Assembly (NCBI GenBank): GCA_963555995.3
Contig: OY821641.1
Span: 2,880,001-2,944,000 of the forward strand
Reading direction: 5' to 3'
DNA from: Vicinamibacteria bacterium
GTDB taxonomy: Bacteria > Acidobacteriota > Vicinamibacteria > Marinacidobacterales > Marinacidobacteraceae
Length of the DNA: 64,000 bases
Shown here: positions 58,174 to 64,000 of the stretch, in pieces
Layout: each line of letters begins with the position of its first letter
Numbering within the stretch: position 1 is the first letter of the stretch
Made by a program: the position numbers and the translations under genes
Notes under the pieces: generated by a model
Databases searched by the model: none
Told to the model about the DNA's origin: nothing
The model's input: only the letters and a program-made list of their open reading frames with translations

Positions 58174-59169
58174 TCAGTCGCGCTCGGCCGGGGGCGTGGG
58201 CTGGGGGAGCCGGGCGAGGAAGTCGGTCGCGGAACGGGCGGTTGCGGCGGCCTCGACGACCGCGGCCGGGGACGCCTGGGCCAGCCGGTCGCGCTGCGCT
58301 GGGGGCAGGCTGGCGGCGAAGTCCGCCGGGACCTCGATGCCCCGGCGTCGCAGCAAGGCCTCGGCCATCGCGGCGTGGGCCTGCGCCATGGCCCGGGCGT
58401 GGCTCATCCGCTCCACCCGGGCCAGCAGGGGGTCATCGCGCCAGGCCGTCCCCTCCCGCTCCCCGAGCGCCCGGCCCACCCGCCAGAGGACTTCGGCAGT
58501 GTCCTCGCTCATCACGGCCTCGTTCAGCGCACGGTGGATCTCTTCGGCCCGCCACCCCGGAAACGCCCGGCTCACTGCCGACTCGCGGTACTCGTCGTCC
58601 TCCAGCAGGTGGATGACCAGCCCCGGCCGGCGGCTGCGTGGCCGGCGGGCGGAACCCGCCTCCGGGACCTCCACCCACACCTCCGGAAGGCCCCAGCCCG
58701 CGTACGCCAGGAGCTTGCCCCGCCGGACGTCCGTCGTGTGGTCCACTTCGAGCACCACGTCTGGCAGCGGGTCGTCTCCCACGATCACCCGGCCGCCGGT
58801 CGGCAGCACCGCTCGGCCCGGGTGCAGATACACCGTCTGGTCCGCCTGCATGATGTCGCCCAGCGTTCCGTCCTCGCGCCGGAACCGCAGGTCCGTCGCC
58901 CCGATGCAGCGCGCGTCCGACCCCCGCGCCTGGCAGATCTGCCGGACGAGCGCCGCCAGCCGCGCGGCCGGCCCCTCGTGGTACGCCGTGGTCGGCTCCC
59001 GGACCACCCATGCCGTCTCCGCCGCGGCGCTCCAGTACTCGACCTTCCGCCCCTCCCACTCGGGACCCAGGATCTCGGCCTCGGTCACCCGGACGGGCTC
59101 GCAGCCCGCGAACTCCAGGGCGGACGCCGAGGCCCGGTCGGCCGGCGCCGCTCGCCGCATGACGGGCAT
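58174..59169 (-). CDS. Uma2-like PD-(D/E)XK endonuclease family protein
   Basis: HE, MQADQTVY, PDVVLEVDHT, KLLAYAGWGLPEVW. Confidence 0.8.
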   Translation of the reverse strand: MPVMRRAAPADRASASALEFAGCEPVRVTEAEILGPEWEGRKVEYWSAAAETAWVVREPTTAYHEGPAARLAALVRQICQARGSDARCIGATDLRFRREDGTLGDIMQADQTVYLHPGRAVLPTGGRVIVGDDPLPDVVLEVDHTTDVRRGKLLAYAGWGLPEVWVEVPEAGSARRPRSRRPGLVIHLLEDDEYRESAVSRAFPGWRAEEIHRALNEAVMSEDTAEVLWRVGRALGEREGTAWRDDPLLARVERMSHARAMAQAHAAMAEALLRRRGIEVPADFAASLPPAQRDRLAQASPAAVVEAAATARSATDFLARLPQPTPPAERD

Positions 59170-59276
59170 TCTAGTCACCGATCCGCCGGCGCCGCGGCAT
59201 GCCGGCGGCGCGTTCCGGGCCGGGGCGCCAAAGGGCATAGACTGGCGCCGGGCGGCATGTCCCGGGTGGAGGCCAG

Positions 59277-60602
59277 ATGACCGGATTCAGGAACGGGCTC
59301 TCGCGGCGTCAGTTCCTGGCCGGGTCCGCCGCGTTCACGCTGGCGTGTTCCGCCCGCTCGGCGAGCGAGCCCGAGTTCGACCTGCTGCTGCGGGGCGGCC
59401 ACCTGATGGACCCGCGGAACGGGCTGAGCGCGGTCCGCGACGTCGCGGTCCACGAAGGCAGGGTGGCGGCGGTCGAGGAAGCGGTGGATCCCGGCCGCGC
59501 GTTCAAGGTGGTGGACTGCGGAGGGCTCTACGTCACGCCCGGGCTGTTCGACATGCACGTGCACGCGTTCGCGGGGACCAACGAACCGGGATCGCTCGTC
59601 GGCGACAGCAGCCTCTATCCGGACGGCCACACCTTCCGCTCGGGGGTCACCACCGTTCTCGACGCCGGGTGCGCCGGCTGGCGGGACTTCGAGACCTTCC
59701 GGGAGACCGTCATCAGCCGCGCCCGGACGCGGGTGCTGGCGCTCGTGAACATCGTCGGCCGCGGGATGCGGGGCGGAGCGATCGAGCAGGACCGGAGTGA
59801 CATGGAGGCCGGGCCGACCGCGGCGCTCGCGCGCGATCACGCCGATGTGATCGTCGGGATCAAGACCGCCCACTACGCCGCCCCGGACTGGTTCGCGGTG
59901 GACGAGTCGCTTCGGGCCGGCGAGGCGGCGGGCCTCCCCCTGATGGTGGACTTCGGGGACGATCACCCGGAGCGCCCGCTCGAAGCCCTGCTCGGCGAGA
60001 AGCTCCGCCGGGGAGACATCTACACCCACTGCTACGCCGGGAACCGGCGCGAACTGCTCGCGGACGGCACGCCGAATCCCGGCCTCTTCGCCGGCCGCGA
60101 ACGGGGCGTGCTCTTCGACGTGGGGCACGGCGGCCGCAGCTTCCGGTGGAGCGTGGCGGCGCGTTGTCTCGAGGCGGGTCTCCCGCCGGACGCGATTTCG
60201 ACGGACCTCCACATCGGCTCCATGAACTCCGGCATGCACGACCAGATCACCACCATGAGCAAGTTCCTCGCGCTCGGGGAGCCCCTGGAGGACGTGATCG
60301 CGCAATCCACCTGGAAGCCGGCCCTCGCGGTGGGACGCGAAGACATCGGACACCTGTCGGTCGGTGCGACGGCGGACATCGCGGTGCTCCAGAAAGAGAC
60401 CGGCGATTTCGGCTACGTGGACAGCTTCGGCGCGCGCCACGACGGATCCGAAAGACTGGTGGCGGAAATGACCTTCAAGGATGGCCGGCTCGCATGGGAC
60501 CGGAACGGACGAACTCGCCGGGACTGGCGCGAGCTGCCGCACGATTACGGAGAACAGGGCGACGCGCGCTGGGACGCCATCCTCTACCGCCAGCGTTCGT
60601 AA
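59277..60602 (+). CDS. Amidohydrolase/deacetylase (dihydroorotase-like) with a Tat signal
   Basis: SRRQFL; PGLFDMHVH, SGVTTVLDAG, GIK, THCY, DVGHG, ISTDLH. Confidence 0.88.
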   Translation: MTGFRNGLSRRQFLAGSAAFTLACSARSASEPEFDLLLRGGHLMDPRNGLSAVRDVAVHEGRVAAVEEAVDPGRAFKVVDCGGLYVTPGLFDMHVHAFAGTNEPGSLVGDSSLYPDGHTFRSGVTTVLDAGCAGWRDFETFRETVISRARTRVLALVNIVGRGMRGGAIEQDRSDMEAGPTAALARDHADVIVGIKTAHYAAPDWFAVDESLRAGEAAGLPLMVDFGDDHPERPLEALLGEKLRRGDIYTHCYAGNRRELLADGTPNPGLFAGRERGVLFDVGHGGRSFRWSVAARCLEAGLPPDAISTDLHIGSMNSGMHDQITTMSKFLALGEPLEDVIAQSTWKPALAVGREDIGHLSVGATADIAVLQKETGDFGYVDSFGARHDGSERLVAEMTFKDGRLAWDRNGRTRRDWRELPHDYGEQGDARWDAILYRQRS

Positions 60603-60617
60603 GAGGGGGACCGAAAC

Positions 60618-61817
60618 ATGCCTGTGAAGATGACCCGGCGGCGGGTGCTGCAGGGCGGCGCGTCGGCCGCCGTAGTGGGAGCCGCGGGCTGCGGCTCCGG
60701 ATCCGAGCCCGACACCCCCGCGGCGCCGGAGGAGGTTTACCGGCGACTGGGAATCGAGCCGGTGATCAACGGCATCGGCACCGTGACGGTGCTGGGCGGT
60801 TCCCTGATGCCGCCCGAGGTCACGGACGCCATGGTCGCGGCGTCGCGCAACTTCGTGCCCCTGCCCGAGCTTCAGGAACGCGCGGGCGACCACATCGCCC
60901 GGCTGATCGGGGTGCCGGCCGCCATGATCTCGGCCGGGGCCGCCTCGGCGATGACCTGCGGGACCGCGGCGGCGATCGCCGGCGACGACGACGAGAGGCT
61001 GCGGTCGCTTCCGGACACCACCGGGATGAAGAACGAGGTCATCCAGCAGCGGGCCCACCGCACCGGCTACCAGGCCCAACTGGAGCTCACGGGGGCGAAG
61101 GTCGTCTGGGTGGACACCCGGGAGGAACTGGAAGCGGCGATCAGCGAACGGACGGCCATGATGTTCTTCCTGAACTTCGCCGACCCGCGGGGGCAGATCG
61201 GCCGCGCCGAGTGGATCGAGGTGGCGCGGGCGCACGGCGTCCCCACGCTGAACGACGCCGCCGCGGACGTCCCGCCGCCCGAGCGGCTCCACACCTACGT
61301 CGAAGAGGGTTTCGACATGGTGGCCTTCTCGGGCGGCAAGGGGCTCCGGGGTCCGCAGGCCACCGGACTCCTGCTCGGACGCCCCGACCTGATCCGGGCG
61401 GCGCGCAAGGCGATCAGCCCGTTCGGCGGCATCGGCCGCGGCATGAAGGTGGGCAAGGAGGAGCTCGTCGGCCTGGTGGCGGCGGTCGAGCGCTACGTCT
61501 CCCTCGACCACGATGCGGAACGGCGCGAACTGGACGCCCGCGCCGCGTTGATCTCGCAGGTTCTCGGGAGCGTGACCGGCCTCACCTGCGAGACCCACGT
61601 ACCCGAGATCGCCAACCACGTCCCCCACGTGGTGGTGCACTGGGACGAGGGCAGCCTGGGGGTGACCTCGGAGGATGCGGTGGCGAAGCTTCTGGAAGGC
61701 GACCCGCCGGTCGCGGTCTCACACACCGGAGAAGGCCAGCTCCGCATCTCGACGTGGATGCTGCGCCCCGGCGAGGACGCGGTGGTCGCCGAGCGGGTGC
61801 GGGCGCTGTTCGCCTGA
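60618..61817 (+). CDS. SelA-related (DgaE-like) PLP enzyme with a Tat signal
   Basis: TRRRVL; VINGIGTVTVLGGSLM, DAAA, FSGGKGLRGPQ, IGRGMKVGKEE; lacks the SelA N-domain. Confidence 0.85.
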   Translation: MPVKMTRRRVLQGGASAAVVGAAGCGSGSEPDTPAAPEEVYRRLGIEPVINGIGTVTVLGGSLMPPEVTDAMVAASRNFVPLPELQERAGDHIARLIGVPAAMISAGAASAMTCGTAAAIAGDDDERLRSLPDTTGMKNEVIQQRAHRTGYQAQLELTGAKVVWVDTREELEAAISERTAMMFFLNFADPRGQIGRAEWIEVARAHGVPTLNDAAADVPPPERLHTYVEEGFDMVAFSGGKGLRGPQATGLLLGRPDLIRAARKAISPFGGIGRGMKVGKEELVGLVAAVERYVSLDHDAERRELDARAALISQVLGSVTGLTCETHVPEIANHVPHVVVHWDEGSLGVTSEDAVAKLLEGDPPVAVSHTGEGQLRISTWMLRPGEDAVVAERVRALFA

Positions 61818-61858
61818 CGCAGCCCGGCAGGAGCCGCCGACGGGCACGATTCGCGCAC

Positions 61859-62023
61859 GGCTTGGAACGCCGGCTTCAGCCGGCACCCGCTGCGCGACAG
61901 CGCAGCGGAATGGCCAATCGCCGTGTTGCCCGGTGTTCCGGGTGCTGGCCATCCCGGCGGATGAGGTCCGGGCCGCCGCCCGCCTGCGGCGGGCTGTGCC
62001 GGCTGAAGCCGGCGTTCCAGGCC
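61859..62023. repeat. Family B inverted doublet between convergent genes
   Basis: Same arms as the 19439 and 57950 copies. Confidence 0.85.
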
Positions 62024-62075
62024 GGCGGCGCCATCACCGCCGTCAACCGACGGGCAGCCGGCGTTCCCTCCCGCC

Positions 62076-63581
62076 CTAACGCCCCGAAGTCCGCTCGATG
62101 AACCCGCCGACGTCGTCCCGCCACTGCGGCAGGAGCGATTCCTCGACGTACATCATGTGGCCGGCGGCGAAGTCCGCCCGCTCGATGTTGGCCCGGAGGT
62201 CCGGGGGGAGCCCCATCTGCTCCACGGACCACATCGCGGCGAAGTAGGGCGTGGCGAGGTCGTAGATCCCGTTGACCAGCAGGACCTTCAGGTCGGGGTT
62301 CCGCTTCATGGCCTGCGCCAGGTCGGGCGCCACGTTGGGCGTCCCGCCGCCCCGGGCGAAGAAGCCGCCGCCGCCCAGCCGGCCCCAGTTCCAGTTGCGG
62401 GTGGCGCCGCTCGGCACGTACTCGCGGTCGCCGTCGTAGCCCAGCTCGCCGCGCAGGTAGCTGTTGAACGCCGAGGTGTAGGCGGAGCTGATCGCGGTGG
62501 ACTGGGGGTCGTGCGAGGGACGGCCGCCCAGCACGTCGCCGGCGGGTCCGGTGAAGCGGGCGTCGAGCCGTCCCACGATGCGTCCCTCATCGCGGAGCAG
62601 TTCGGCCTCGAAGGCGGGGGCGGTGACCCGCAGGTTCGACTTGGCGATGAAGTCCTTGCTGAGGCCGGTGTAGAGGTGCATCTGGTCAATCACGCGGGCC
62701 CGCTTTTCCGGATCGAGGGTCGTACCGGCGAGGAGCGCGGTCGCGTAGTCGTTCAGCGACCACGCCTCCACCTCGGCCATGAACGCCTCCAGGTTGTCGG
62801 GAGAACCGCCGGGGAGGCGGTCCAGGTAGCGCGCGGTGATGGCGTAGGACGGGAGGTTGACGATGTAGGGGATGTCGTCCCCGGGCGCGAACTGGATGGT
62901 GTTGAACTGGAGGACCACCGAGACCAGCACGATGCCGTTCAGATCAATGTTGGCGCGCTGCAGGTGTCGGGCGACGACCGCGGAGCGGGTGGTCCCGTAG
63001 CTTTCCCCGAGCAGATAGCGGGGCGAATTCCAGCGGTCGTACTCGCTCAGGAAGCGCCGGACGAATTGGGCGAGCGAACGGGCGTCCTCGTCGATGCCCC
63101 AGAACCAGGACCCCTCGGTGTCCCCGACGGGGTGGCTGAAGCCCGTGCCGATGGGGTCCACCATCACGATGTCCGCCATGTCGAGGAGCGTGTAGGCGTT
63201 GTCCTCCAGTGGATAGGGAGGCGCCCCCTGCGGCCCGACCTCGGGAGTGACCACCCGGCGCGGTCCCATGATGCCCATGTGCAGCCAGAAGGAAGCGGAG
63301 CCGGGTCCGCCGTTGTAGGCGAAGATGAGCGGCCGCTCGCGGGACGGGGCGCCGTTTGTGCGGAAGTAGGCGGTGTAGAAGAGCTTGCCGGCCGGCTCGC
63401 CGTCCTCGCCGGTCAGCGTGGTGTTCGCAACCACGGCGTCGTACTCGACGGTCTCGCCGTTCATCTCGATCGAGTGGCTGGTTTCCCAGCGGGAGGCCGG
63501 CGCCGCGGATTCGGTTTCCTGGGCGGCGGCTCCTCCGGTGACGAGGAGCAGAGCGGTCAGCAAGAGGAGCTTCTTCAACAT
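62076..63581 (-). CDS. Secreted serine carboxypeptidase (peptidase S10)
   Basis: NGGPGSAS, DPIGTGFS, GESYG, DLATP, AGHMMY. Confidence 0.93.
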   Translation of the reverse strand: MLKKLLLLTALLLVTGGAAAQETESAAPASRWETSHSIEMNGETVEYDAVVANTTLTGEDGEPAGKLFYTAYFRTNGAPSRERPLIFAYNGGPGSASFWLHMGIMGPRRVVTPEVGPQGAPPYPLEDNAYTLLDMADIVMVDPIGTGFSHPVGDTEGSWFWGIDEDARSLAQFVRRFLSEYDRWNSPRYLLGESYGTTRSAVVARHLQRANIDLNGIVLVSVVLQFNTIQFAPGDDIPYIVNLPSYAITARYLDRLPGGSPDNLEAFMAEVEAWSLNDYATALLAGTTLDPEKRARVIDQMHLYTGLSKDFIAKSNLRVTAPAFEAELLRDEGRIVGRLDARFTGPAGDVLGGRPSHDPQSTAISSAYTSAFNSYLRGELGYDGDREYVPSGATRNWNWGRLGGGGFFARGGGTPNVAPDLAQAMKRNPDLKVLLVNGIYDLATPYFAAMWSVEQMGLPPDLRANIERADFAAGHMMYVEESLLPQWRDDVGGFIERTSGR

Positions 63582-63653
63582 TTCGGGACCTCCGGGCATG
63601 GCGGGAGTGGAGCCGGCGAGCATACGGGATCGGTGGGCGCCGGGCGGATATGA

Positions 63654-63685
63654 GAAAGGGGGCCGCCCGTCACCGGGCGGCCCCC
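63654..63685 (-). terminator. Probable intrinsic terminator after the TonB-dependent receptor
   Basis: 12-bp GC stem GGGGGCCGCCCG/CGGGCGGCCCCC, 4-nt loop, short T-tract on the minus strand. Confidence 0.65.
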
Positions 63686-63704
63686 CCGGGGCAAGAGTGA
63701 AATC

Positions 63705-64000
63705 CTAGAAGACGAACCCCGCGAGGAACATCAGCCGGCGAGGCTCCACCCAGCTTGACGGGATGAACTGCTCGCCCGGAGTTTCGAGCCGCAGGCTCTG
63801 GTTCCAGATGCTCGCGGTGCTGTTCAACGCGTTGTAGAGATAGGCATCCAGTTTCAGGGTGGCGTCGCCGATGTCCAACCGCTTCCCGAAACGGATGTCC
63901 ACGATATTCAGTTGCGGATGCTCCAGCCCCGGGCGCGAACCGGCGAGTTCGACAATGATGTTGTTCGCCGGCTGCTCCGAGACGCCCGCGGCCCGAACCT
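63705..64000 (-). CDS. TonB-dependent outer-membrane receptor, C-terminal fragment (gene starts beyond the window)
   Basis: DIRFGKRL...YNALN...EPRRLMFLAGFVF with terminal Phe. Confidence 0.8.
   Translation of the reverse strand, partial: VRAAGVSEQPANNIIVELAGSRPGLEHPQLNIVDIRFGKRLDIGDATLKLDAYLYNALNSTASIWNQSLRLETPGEQFIPSSWVEPRRLMFLAGFVF

Noticed and set aside
58174-59169. Uma2-like nuclease as the mobiliser of the adjacent REP doublet
   Set aside because: It is not an HUH/Y1 enzyme, and equivalent doublets flank unrelated genes elsewhere in the window.
60618-61817. Second selenocysteine synthase
   Set aside because: It lacks the SelA N-terminal domain and HTNLGRA motif, has a Tat leader and pairs with an amidohydrolase, which fits the DgaE-like family.

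Overview
This is a high-GC bacterial chromosome segment. The lineage is probably Acidobacteriota, inferred from gene content and style only. From 1 to 21 kb it is a minus-strand housekeeping block: rplJ-rplA-rplK-nusG-secE-tRNA-Trp-rpmG-tuf and four more tRNAs; rlmB, ispDF, radA, dnaB; rplI-rpsR-rpsF; pth-rplY-prs-tRNA-Gln-ispE, a lipoprotein, a TPR protein and purH. From 21 to 35 kb are selA-thiS-thiG-nth, a nucleoside deoxyribosyltransferase, an LLM oxidoreductase, an oxidoreductase-SelD fusion with dapF, and exported enzymes. From about 35.8 to 51.6 kb is an accessory/defence patch: a PD-(D/E)XK nuclease, GmrSD split by an intact IS256, two PIN toxin-antitoxin pairs, an MTase-endonuclease fusion in a decayed IS1595-like element, and a triple-AAA ATPase. 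From 52 to 64 kb are secreted or Tat-exported hydrolases, PLP enzymes and the 3' end of a TonB-dependent receptor. Two families of intergenic repeats are dispersed through the window. The most unusual signal is a non-CRISPR array of ten 15-bp repeats (TAGTGACAGGAGCTC, period 32-33 bp) at 43944-44293. It lies directly upstream of an orphan protein with an amphipathic N-terminus, a Pro-rich linker and a C-terminal winged helix. Functional calls come from motif recognition by eye; no searches were run.
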